A stretch of DNA of 63,975 nucleotides, filler included, from Bigelowiella natans CCMP2755 (taxonomy: Eukaryota > Protista > Cercozoa): the NCBI GenBank assembly GCA_000320545.1. It is 8 parts of 8 records of this genome, joined end to end, with 100 filler letters (N's around TTAATTAATTAA, not from the genome) between each part and the next. Parts side by side here need not be neighbours in the genome. Positions count along the whole stretch, not along the records: positions 1 to 25,901 come from ADNK01003273.1; positions 26,002 to 40,488 come from ADNK01003208.1; 6 more parts are not named here. One strand, written 5' to 3'. Below, one piece after another: positions 23,432 to 34,121 of this stretch. The notes beneath the pieces were generated by a model. The model did not search any database and was not told the origin of the DNA. It was given only the letters and a program-made list of their open reading frames with translations. The translations under genes were made by a program, and so were the position numbers. How positions within the stretch are numbered: the first letter of the stretch is position 1; each line of letters starts with the position of its first letter.

Positions 23432-25113
23432 CAGTAGTAGCTTTTTGATCGTTACTACTACTACAACTTGTACTACTGGTGGTGGTGGTGGCGGTGATGA
23501 TATCAGTTGGCTCTCCAAGAGGCTTATTGCTGGACAACACTACTACATCGTTAGCATTGTGGTCAAAGTGGTTGTTCTCCTTCTTTTCCTTCTTCTGGAA
23601 TGAGTTCAGGGACTTTCCCAACGATGACGAAAAAGAAGAAGAAGAAGATGATGATGATGATGATGATGGCGTGAGCGTCTCATTATCGAAGGGAATTTCA
23701 ACTGAAGTCGGAAGATGGCCAACATCCTTGGCAGCAGCATAATCAAGATGCCTATTGAAGTGACTCACGTTTATGTGGTCTAATTTGCAGAAATTGCGGA
23801 AATCATGACGTCCTTTCAAGCGCCGACATGCCTTCATATAAACACAACGATAATGATGATGATGATGGAGATGGTGATGATGATGTGTTTTTGTATCATC
23901 ATCATTATCATCATCATAATCATCCTTCAACAGCAGCATAATCGTCGTTGTTACAGTGAATAACTACTCACATCATTCAAACGGCCGACATCTAAGTCAT
24001 CTTTGAACACATAATACTTGTATCTGACAATAATCAAGGAATTAAGATCATGGTGGCGGCCTACTATCAGGTAATCGTGGTAACTACTGCCACAACTTCA
24101 ACGTAGTATACACAATCATATTCTTTGCTTTATGTTAATATTTGCATCTGATAAGAATTTTCAAATTGTGATTGATGTACTAAAGATAATATACATCCTC
24201 AATCACATCTTCCGTGGTGGAGAGAGAGGGGGGGGAGAGGAGGAGGAGGAGTAGAGCACTCATCTTGGTATTGTATTATGTGATAGATAAAAAGATACTG
24301 CTGTCATAATAATAATGGATAGTAATGTAATACGACGGTTCTTCCATATTTTCATCATCATCATCACAATCCATTTCTTATCTTATATTATTATGGTGTG
24401 TGATAGAGTTGATGTTCCTTACACGCGAGAATAGCATGAAAATCTTGCCATAATATTCACCTATATTGTGACAGAATTCATTGTATACAGTTTGATTTAT
24501 TTGATGATCTCGATTATCTCTACTACTACTACTACTACTACTATAATCTCAGTACTACTACTACTTACTAATACCGGTACGGGGGCCCAAGCTACGACAC
24601 GAATATCAGGTGGCAATATGGTATTTAAAAGCCTCGGGTAGTCAAATCTAATGATGGTTCATACTAATCCTGAGCGTGAATATAATACTAATGATAATAA
24701 TAGAATATATGATGAGCATCGTTATGTACAACTATGCTTATCAAGTATGAATATATTGTACTGGTACATATTGTTAATATCACTCTTGCTTGATGTCTTC
24801 TTCTGTGATCCAACACTGCTGCTGCTCATCTTTCTCGCGGTGCTGGTGGTGTCCTTTTTGGTCTTTGTCTTCTTCGCAAATGTCATTGTTATTATTATTG
24901 TCATCATCATCCTTTTGCTTCTCCTGATTGATAGAAGGAAACAACAACAAATATCTTGCTGATGTGTTGTCAAAAAAATACATTATCATCAATATATTAA
25001 TAACTACTGACTAACAAGGTTCCGACGATGATTCATCATCATGTCATATTATGGGTCTCCATCATCTATTATCTCCAGTGTGTTTGTCAATCTAGTAGGA
25101 TGATGCTATTTGG

Positions 25114-25149
<36 letters not shown>

Positions 25150-25290
25150 CACAGTATCATCAGATATGGATCACTGACCATTGATGATATCTTAGTAGTA
25201 GTAGTGGTGGTACTCGTCATCTTCCCCACTTCAAGAGGGGGAATAAATCCAACACATGACTTCAGCTTTGTTCTAAGAATAACGGAAGAA
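19674..25290 (-). CDS. PUS3: TruA-family tRNA pseudouridine 38/39 synthase PUS3/DEG1, 5' part missing
   Basis: Exons DYPRLLNTILPPDIRVVAWAPVP, ARFSCYSR, YKYYVFKDDLDV, ACRRLKGRHDFRNFCKLD, ITIQGNAFLWHQ|IR..ALLLMIGSGKEKPEIIDDLFNI, KPHFK|MASEIPL; the catalytic RTD exon was not found; last exon and stop are tentative. Confidence 0.78.
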
Positions 25291-25332
25291 GAAGAAGTAG
25301 TTGTGGCAAACACACAAACACACACATAAATA

Positions 25333-25445
<113 letters not shown>

Positions 25446-25901
25446 CTGAGTATGCGTCCCTCTATATGTCTGCGTTTTAGATGCAGACCTTTTGCCCATG
25501 AGCGCGTGCGAACGTGCGAAAAGCAGAGTATCAGTGGGATCCAGTAGGGGGGCACGTCCAACCGGATGTCGAGAGCGGGATGGTCCTAGAGGGTTTTTTC
25601 CCCGAAGATGGGTACCCGTGGAAGAGCGAACTTAAGATCGCGCTATCCGCCGCGCCAGTACGACGTATAGACCCCCTTACCAGAACAAGCAGCTCGAACC
25701 ACACGCTGTCATGTTTGTGATCTGGTTGACTACTTGTCGATGACATAGGACCTTCTCACGGATGGAATGACAATAAGAACATCATGCCGTACTGCGATGG
25801 CCGAGAATGTTAACACGGCGGCCAAATCAGCCTCTGACGACGCTCACACGACAAATAGAGGTAACCAGTATATTTGCACAAATTGTAGATCTGGAAACGA
25901 T

Positions 25902-26001
25902 NNNNNNNNNNNNNNNNNNNNNNNNNNNNNNNNNNNNNNNNNNNNTTAATTAATTAANNNNNNNNNNNNNNNNNNNNNNNNNNNNNNNNNNNNNNNNNNN
26001 N
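25902..26001. other. Artificial contig spacer (44 N + TTAATTAATTAA + 44 N)
   Basis: Identical 100-nt six-frame-stop linkers also at 40489-40588, 48854-48953, 50838-50937, 56743-56842, 59064-59163 and 62724-62823. Confidence 0.97.
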
Positions 26002-26107
26002 TTCTGACTCTGCTTCGGTATTTAAGAAAAAAAGAAATGTACAATCTTGAACAAGAAGTACCATGGAGTATGGTTAGGACACACAAATGTCTCGAATTTC
26101 GCCCTTC

Positions 26108-27549
26108 ATTCTGTCGCATCAAAAAGCACTTAGCATTGTCGTTAACAGTAAATGGAGATATTATTAACATGATCAATCCATCAATGTAGAGCGCAAAAAT
26201 AAATGATTTTTTATTTAATGAAAATGTAGGGTGTTCTGAGGTAGAATGAGCAGTATGAGCATGTCGCAGCATTGTTTTCAACATCAATTAGCAGCTCTAA
26301 AATAGGAAACACCAAAGCATTCCCTCAGATCAGTGAACCTCCTATTCACATTCACAGCACCTCTCCATAATCCATATCCTCGTTGTGCCCTAGCTCCAAT
26401 GTTTTCGATCGCTCTCGTGACCGCTCTCTTCGCTCAAGTGTCTGCCTTGACTGAGCAGAAGGCTAACTCTTCCCTCATCGAGGATGTCGAATTCCCACAA
26501 CACAAAGCATTCGAAAACGGAATCGCATCTTCCACGTACCCAACAGCATTTCCAACACCGCCTCCAACGCCAATGCCTACTCCTAATCCTACTGAATCTC
26601 AATACTGTAAAACGCTAGACAATGGTTGTCCTGAGACCATGCCAAATCGTTATCCGGCTAATAACCGTTGCTTCGAGAAGGTATGGGGAGGCAACATGTG
26701 CAATGTGGACCCAGCTAATGATCCACTTGCCTACCAACGAAATGACAAAAAATGTTGCACGGCCGCTCCTGCTCCAACTCAATACTGTAAAAAGTTGGAC
26801 AATGGTTGTCCTGAGGCAACTCCAAATCGTTACCCGGGTAACAACCGTTGCTTCGAGAAGGTATGGGGAGGCAGCATGTGCAATGTGGACCCAGCTAATG
26901 ATCCACTTTCCTTCCAACGAAATGACAAAAAATGTTGCTCCTGCTTTCCTGCACTCGGAGGTGGCCAGAAGCTTGAAAATGGTTGTCCAGCAAGCATACC
27001 ATTTCGCTACCCAAACAACAATCGCTGTTTTGCTAAGATGTGGGAAGGATACTCGTGCAACGTTGATCCTGCTAACGATCCACTTGCCTTCCAACGAAGT
27101 GATCAGAAGTGCTGTTTTGACTAGTGATGTAGATATAGGGAATGTAACTCAATTAGGAGGTGTACATGGAGGATTCGGATGGAAGTTTAGATCTCCAACA
27201 ATCTACCGTAACTTCAGCAGATTGTCTTCGAGCACCGACGAAAGTTGCTCACCACGATCTTCAGAGGCTGGAGCGATGATCAAAATTAGCCCCAAATAAA
27301 TTAGTCGAGAAATAGTCTCACTATTTTTTATTAGTTAATGTTTTATTGTTATTCAGACATCAGTCTACTTTTAATGACTTTGTGCCTGCTCTTTAACTTG
27401 ATTGAGAACAATAAGTTAAATTCGAATAAAAATAAATTAAAATCGTCCAATAGTTTCCTGAGGAAAGTCATCTTTATGTGTGTATATGCGTGCGCGGTGA
27501 TTGCATTGTGTGTCCATTGCAAAGTCAGGAGACCATGTAAAAGTACATG
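26108..27549 (+). repeat. About 1.45 kb segmental duplication, copy 1 (copy 2 at 38305-39770)
   Basis: Near-identical upstream region, ORF and 3' flank in direct orientation, about 12.2 kb apart. Confidence 0.95.
26399..27124 (+). CDS. Intronless secreted protein: signal peptide, Pro/Thr linker, three 6-Cys repeats (copy 1)
   Basis: MFSIALVTALFAQVSA leader; PTAFPTPPPTPMPTPNPT linker; three units like CKTLDNGCPETMPNRYPANNRCFEKVWGGNMCNVDPANDPLAYQRNDKKCC. Confidence 0.85.
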   Translation: MFSIALVTALFAQVSALTEQKANSSLIEDVEFPQHKAFENGIASSTYPTAFPTPPPTPMPTPNPTESQYCKTLDNGCPETMPNRYPANNRCFEKVWGGNMCNVDPANDPLAYQRNDKKCCTAAPAPTQYCKKLDNGCPEATPNRYPGNNRCFEKVWGGSMCNVDPANDPLSFQRNDKKCCSCFPALGGGQKLENGCPASIPFRYPNNNRCFAKMWEGYSCNVDPANDPLAFQRSDQKCCFD

Positions 27550-29239
27550 TAGGATGCAAATTTTATGTTCATTTTTGTAAGCTAATTTTGGGTTGAGTTG
27601 CAACTGAAGCAAATGATGCATCGTGCTAGCGTGCCTCACATGACATCGACGAAAGTGTGCACGTTGCACGTGTGATTAAATCTTGCATCACAGCTAGTGG
27701 CTTGTAGCTGCTGGCGGTTCCTTTTGTTGTTGCAGCTGCCATGCACATGCATAGCATGTGCCTCACGTACGTGACTAGCTAGATGGCATCGATGAAAGTG
27801 TGCACATTGCAGAACATTGCGCATGCGTGATGGAATCTTGCATCACAGCGGGGCGTAGCTACTGTTTTGTGTGAATGTTACGTTTGTACTTGTAGGTGCT
27901 ACGCACAAAGCATGCATGCCACGCTTCGTTCATTCACTTCGAGACGTGCAAGAATCCTGTATGGCTTCAAGGCATTCACACGTCTAGACGTGCATGCATG
28001 TACGTGTCAACAATTTTCTTGACGTTGTCGAAATCGATGTTTGCACGACTTGCAAGATGGTCCACCATCTTGTCCTCATCGACGTCTGCACTGGCCGAAG
28101 TTTGGGTCCGGTGCGCCTGCAAATTTTGGCATGTCACCAAACGTCAATCTCACACGTGCAATGTGCAACGACTGCACCGTGAACACATGCCAGCATGGTT
28201 AGGGAATCTTCACTGCCCAAATTCCCAATCAGGCGGCGTTGCGTGGGGACAACAAAGCTTCTCTGGTCACCATTCCACACAACAACGTCCAACCCAACTG
28301 GTCAATCCTGTGAACTGTCCACAAACAACGCGGAAAAATCGAACTTCTGCATTGTGGACGCGCATGACATTGCTGTGGCTGTCATCTGCACAATGCAAAT
28401 GGATCGTTGCTACTCCGTGCCGAGTCCATCTAGCCATGCCACCACCCCCGACAACTGGACATGCAAGGTTCGATTCAAGCTCATCTTCCGTTCCATGCCA
28501 AGCTAGCAAACCTGCAACCAGAGTCAGCAACCGGGGGAGATGAACAATGATGACGCTGCAGAAGTTGAAGGTGACGCCACAGAGTTTGGGGTCACAGCAC
28601 AGAACTTGAGCTAGGCCCCACGTGACGGCCAGACGGGCAGACACAAACACCAGAACAATCGGAGATCCAGTTTGCTTCAGGGTTGACCCAAGAGGTCGAA
28701 GTGGGGATGACCTTTGCTAGCTTTGGTGGGGCAATGCGGCAGGAGTCACTGAATGCACCGGACGCAAACGATGAACGTCTGGCTGGCTGGTGGAAAACGC
28801 ACCACTGAACGACACCAGGGGACGTGTGGACCACTTGACATTGGAATGGAAATCGTGGTGAGCTGAAGTTGATGGTGAAGTCTGGAACGTGGGGAGAGTT
28901 GTCTTGGGACCCAAACTGGCAACCCGCCCCACACTCAACATCGTCCATTTCAGCGTTCCACTCACCTGGTCGTGACGCTCTGCGCTGTCTCAGTGATTCG
29001 TGATCACTCTGACTTGCGCACGCTGGCACGTTTGTTCCTTTCAGAGGACTCTCTCATGTTCTCTCACGCAGCAGCCACTTCTAGACTTGAAGCCATCAAC
29101 AAAAGAAGCCATCAAGTTCCACTTGTGCACACGTTGCATCACTGCGTCCATTGCACGCGTGGTGCGTGTGTTGTGTCGCCGATTGGCTGCCTGGCTGGCT
29201 GGCTGTGCTCACCAGCTCACATCGCGTGCAAGTTCTGCC

Positions 29240-29376
29240 AGAGTGCCAATTTTCCAAACCCAATCAGTCGTCACCAAAGATGGTTGGAGGCACTGCGTCT
29301 CACACTTTGCAAACACCTTGCAACGTTTTGGAAGTGCAGTTCTTCGTCACGTTTGTTTGCTTGTTGCTTGTTTTTG
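29240..29376 (+). mobile_element. 3'-end fragment of the same LINE family as 30455-31520, opposite orientation
   Basis: GAGGCACTGCGTCTCACACTTTGCAAACACCTTGCAACGTTTTGGAAGTGCAGTTC matches the reverse complement of about 30480-30540; it is followed by a degenerate T-rich tail (GTTTGTTTGCTTGTTGCTTG). Confidence 0.6.
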
Positions 29377-29480
29377 CCACCGTCCACAAAACGTTCAATG
29401 CAAGAGCATTCAGGGCGCAACCTCAGCGCACTTTTGTTGCTTCTGCGCTCAACAATTGCAGTTCAACACAGAGTTCTTTT

Positions 29481-30094
29481 GGACACGTGGCTGCACTGCG
29501 CAAGCGGCCGCATCTTGTTGCGCTCAAAACCACAAGACTGTTGCCAGTTTGTTCAATTTTGCAAATTGAGCCACCGGACCTTCACGGTTCGATTCCTGAT
29601 GGCTTCAAGTGTTTCCCATTGAAAAATCAATGTGGCAATTTTTTCAGACGATTTTGCTTGAAATGCACCCCGGGATGCCAGGGATTGGTTGTCTGACGGA
29701 CGAAAATGTGCATTCTTTCTCGGCAAGGGCAAAAAAATGGGCCATTGAACCCAGAATTTGAATGGGAAACACTTGAACATGCGATGCACACATCTGTGCA
29801 TTCGCTGCGTGGCGTGTGAATCGGTGCGCATCATGTTGTGTTTTCATGTCAAACTTTTGCAGAAAATGGACGATTTTCCTCATTTTTCGACCTTCAATGG
29901 CCTGTGAAATGGACGTGTGTGACTTTTTTTTCAAAAAAAGTGCAGATGCACGACCCTGACACATGTTGCAAGGCATTTGAGCAAGAAAATTTGAATTTTG
30001 AGAAAAAAAGTCGAATTTCAGCGCAACAAGATGCGGCCGCTTGCGTGTGCTGGCAACTGCGCGCACTTGGCAACGTGCAGCAATGGACGTGTCC
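29481..30094. mobile_element. Putative non-autonomous TIR element (MITE-like)
   Basis: Perfect 26-nt inverted repeat CGCAAGCGGCCGCATCTTGTTGCGCT at 29499-29524 and 30020-30045, plus outer GGACACGT/ACGTGTCC ends; no clear TSD. Confidence 0.5.
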
Positions 30095-30454
30095 TTGAAT
30101 GAATGAATGAACTTGATGAACAATGAACAATGAACAAAAGCGTTGATCAAATCTGCATGCGCAAGAACTGCATGGGACACAGGCATTTGCACGCAGCAGA
30201 GCCTCAACAACAATCGTTGCAAGGACTTGTCAGCACCCTGTTGGTGATGAGGCACAAAAAACCAGCCAACAACCCATCAGGGGCTCCAAAAAAGCCGCGT
30301 GAAGGGATGAAGTTGCCATGGGCTGCCCATCTGAAGCGCCGGATTCGGAACAAGGGATGAAGTTGCCATGGATGCTGTTTGTTGGTGTGGTCAGGATGTG
30401 GCCAGGTTGCAGCTGAAACTGGCAATTGGAATGGCGAACAGCAGCGAAATTGAA

Positions 30455-31520
30455 GAACAATGAACAATGAACAGTGATGACGAACTGCGTTTCCAAAACG
30501 TTGCAAGACGTTTGCAGTGTGCGAAGTGCAGTGCCTCGAACTGGCTTCAGTGAGGACTGTGACTGGCAAATCAACCAGCTGGTTTTTCAAAGTGGCACGA
30601 TTCAGTCATTGTGAAGCAATGACACTGGCATGGCGGCAAAGTTCTGGCGGCGCAAGGCCTCCACTCTGAGCAAAAACTTCCTGAAGGCCATGTCCACACA
30701 ACGATCTGCGTTTGGATCATCTGAGGGGCCCCCCAGCAGAACTTTGGTTTTGAAAGAGTCTGGAGCGTCAAAGAATGAAGAGCAGAAGGAAGACGCTGGG
30801 CCCAGAGCTGATCTCATGCACGAGAGAAGTTTGTTTCTCTCTGTGTTCAAGTGAGTGCAATGATGGATGAGGTGGTTGACACTTTGAACAACTTCAGCAT
30901 TGCAAAGAGGACAAACCGAGGAAGAGGGGGGCAAGTTGTGAACTTTGGCCCTGCTGGCCTGTGTTCTTCAGTTTCGCAAGTCCCAGCTAGCCAGCGCGGA
31001 GCTGAAGTTTGATCAACACTCCTGAGTTGTCACACCAATCATCGAGATGACACTCAAACAATCTGGAAGCTGGCCTTCCAATGTGGCTCTTCGCCCAGGC
31101 TCTGAGTTTGCAGATTGGGGCATCGGGTTTGACGCACGAATGAAAGCTGCGACACAAGTTGCCATTGGTGGACAGGTGAGCCCTGACTCTTCGATTGAGG
31201 TCAAGATCAACCAGTTTTGGATGGGTCTGGTCCAAGTTGACCAACGTGTCCAAGCCACAGGCAGATGGGCCACAGGCAGTGATGCGGTGAAGAACAGACC
31301 TGGTGTCGTGACCCCAACTTGAGCGCAGAGCATCAGCCTGATCCAGGGAAAGGTGCAAAAGATCCTTTGTCATGGATTCATCAGGTTGCTGACGCATCCT
31401 GCTCAGGAGGCTCATGAGAGACTTGTCCCAACGAGCCTGCAAATCTTCCTGGCCACACTCAGACAACAAGAAGCACAGGGGTTGAAAGACACAATTGTGA
31501 AAGACACTTCCAAAACATGA
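30455..31520 (-). mobile_element. 5'-truncated non-LTR retrotransposon (LINE) ORF2 C-terminus with CCHC zinc knuckle, degenerate
   Basis: LLSECGQEDLQARWDK..LSRMRQQPDESMTKDL (post-RT region), IKLQLRAG*, CPLCNAEVVQSVNHLIHHC; in-frame stop and frameshift; 3' UTR and degenerate microsatellite tail near 30455-30600. Confidence 0.7.
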
Positions 31521-31588
31521 CGTGATGTTTGAAGAGAGTTGGAATCTCCCACTCTCCCAGAGAATCGCTCGAGATTCGCTCGAGCTTC

Positions 31589-31632
<44 letters not shown>

Positions 31633-31859
31633 TCTCGGAGATCATCTCTGCACGTGGATTTTTCTTGGATTCTTCTCTGTTTGGCGGTCGGCCAATTTGT
31701 GCGGCCGTTCTCAGGGTTTTCTGGATTAAATGTCCTGTCTCTATGCCGGAATCGCATTGGACTTCACCGATGAAATCGATCCCATCCTGTTCTGTTGCTA
31801 GGGGCTGAACTTCGGATGATCTCACAATCCAACACACAAACGTGTACACACCAGCAGCC

Positions 31860-32753
31860 ATGGCGCACACAGCTCACAACGACCCCGAAATGGTCAAAGA
31901 AAGGTGACTGTGGTAGCTAGTTCATCTTCTTGCTGCCCCTCGTTACTTGTTGTTGCTACTGTAGATATGACAGCGAGAAGGTGGTCAATGAGAAGGTCCG
32001 CCTCCTGGCTTCCAAAATTCGTGAATCAAAGCACTTCGTCACCTTCACAGGCGCGGGGATATCCACAAGCGCTGGGGTGACTAGTTTTTGATTGTTTAGG
32101 GCCATTGTTTGCATCACCAATGATATTAACCAAATACGTATTGAACGAAGAAGCAATATGTGAGCTGCATTCGATTGAAATAAATCAGCGCGAAATGCGA
32201 AGTTCTTTGCTGGTCCCATATGCCTTCATCTTTGCTTGTCTGCTCGGCAATTTTAGCGAGTCTTTAGTTCCACATATTCAAAATTGTTTTCGATTCATGT
32301 TGTATTGTGAAGATTCCGGACTTTCGCGGTCCGCAAGGGAAGTGGACACTAGAAGCACAAGGAAAACGGTGCAAGATGGGCAAGCCAGTTATCAAGTGCT
32401 GCCCGACGAAGACTCATATGGTGCCGTATTTTCTCTTTGTAACCACCCTTTCAAAATAGTAATTCGTGTTCCGATGTAGTTGTAAGAAGATCTAATATCT
32501 CTGTAAGTATGATGTGATGGATGGATGCATATCGGCAATGAAGACATGGCAGAGATGTGCACGTTTGATTCGTGGTTCCTATCTGTGCAGGGGCTTGTCG
32601 AACTCCAGCGACGAGGCATTTTAAAGTATCTCATAAGCCAGAATTGTGATGGTAGATCGTCTTATTCTGCATGAAATAGAGTCATATTGGTAGTGTCAGA
32701 ATCGAGTCTTTGATTCCTAAGTCATGTATTACCCCCCCCCCCCCCCCCCCTCT

Positions 32754-32818
<65 letters not shown>

Positions 32819-33039
32819 TATGTGTACATATGTGTATGTTTTCATGCGTGGGTTTGCTGCGGTTTGAACGTGGTTATTAATAGGTATTCACCGTCGATCT
32901 GGTATTCCAAGCCATAGTATCTCCGAGTTGCACGGCAATTCGAACATGGAGGAGTGCGAGAAGTGCGGTCAGCAGTACTTTAGGGACTTCTCCTGCCATC
33001 GAATCAAGAGATCACGTAGTATTCGATGATATATAAATA

Positions 33040-33080
<41 letters not shown>

Positions 33081-33083
33081 GTC

Positions 33084-33139
<56 letters not shown>

Positions 33140-33827
33140 CAATTCACTCTGGTGACAAAACCCCAGAGAATACCTATAGAAAAAGGATGCAATAACGCGG
33201 CAGACTGAAGAAGTATGGCTATATAGGTGATCACTTCACTGGACGCTATTGCTCCCATAAAGACTGCAATGGGCGTTTGCTAGAGTACACCATTGATTTC
33301 GGCCAAAACCTACCTGAGAGGCCCTTGGAAAAGGCCATTGAAAACTCCAAGAAAGCCGATGTGAGAGCGTCTCTTATGATGATAACTCTTTGCCAGAATA
33401 ACGTTGGTTTGCTTGTTGGTGCTGCCGCTGCTACTGTGTGGGGCAAAACGCCACTCACTGCCAGGTGCATGTTGTCTTCGGGTCGAGCCTCACCGTCTCC
33501 CCCGCTTGTGAGATGCCCCTGATCTCGAAGAAAAAAGGTTTCGGAGAGAGAGAGGGGGGGAAGAGGGGGGGAGAGGGGGGGCGACGATTTCATCTTATCG
33601 TCACCATCCACACGCTGCTGCACGATAGAAACAGTCACCATAACATCATCGTTCTTCAGGAGCTTTCTTCGCCATCTGCAACCTTCAAAAAACACCTCTA
33701 ACGGAAGAAGCAGACCTTCACATCTTCGCGAAAACCGACGTCGTCATGGAAAAACTGGTCAGTGCGATCATTATCAACATATGCATTATGAACATATTTT
33801 CTCTTTTTTGCGTGTTTTAAAATATAC

Positions 33828-33869
<42 letters not shown>

Positions 33870-34082
33870 TCATATAATATACACGTGTATTGCTGCCTAT
33901 TATTGTCTTCATAAAAGATGAAGGAGCTCGAGCACCCCATCCCCAAATGGACCCTCAACCGCCATTTGAAGATCTCCTTGTCGCCGCTGCGAGCGACGAG
34001 TGGAAGAAGTGAGGAGGCCGCAAGAACATGCGGAGTCACTATTGAAGGTTTCGATGATGTACACACACACACACACACACAA

Positions 34083-34121
<39 letters not shown>

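Larger units (their letters stand above)
27600..31589. other. Large TpA-purged island containing transposon relics
   Basis: Manual scan of 28561-31589 finds only 4 TA, all in CTAG (28611, 28717, 29081, 30987). Confidence 0.92.

Noticed and set aside
25946-25957. TTAATTAATTAA repeated seven times in the window
   Set aside because: Always centred in a 100-nt N block; an artificial six-frame-stop linker, not biology.
26622-27299. 225-aa alternative-frame ORF overlapping the Cys-rich gene (also 38843-39520)
   Set aside because: Substitutions between copies are synonymous in the Cys-rich frame and change residues in this frame; a shadow ORF.
30302-30371. 20-bp direct repeat AAGGGATGAAGTTGCCATGG flanking a 30-nt spacer (CRISPR-like spacing)
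   Set aside because: Only two copies, no cas genes, eukaryotic TE context; more likely a local or target-site duplication.
27896-31333. Dense stack of 100-250 aa overlapping ORFs on both strands
   Set aside because: Explained by loss of TAA/TAG codons in the TA-purged island; only the LINE-derived frames have recognisable motifs.
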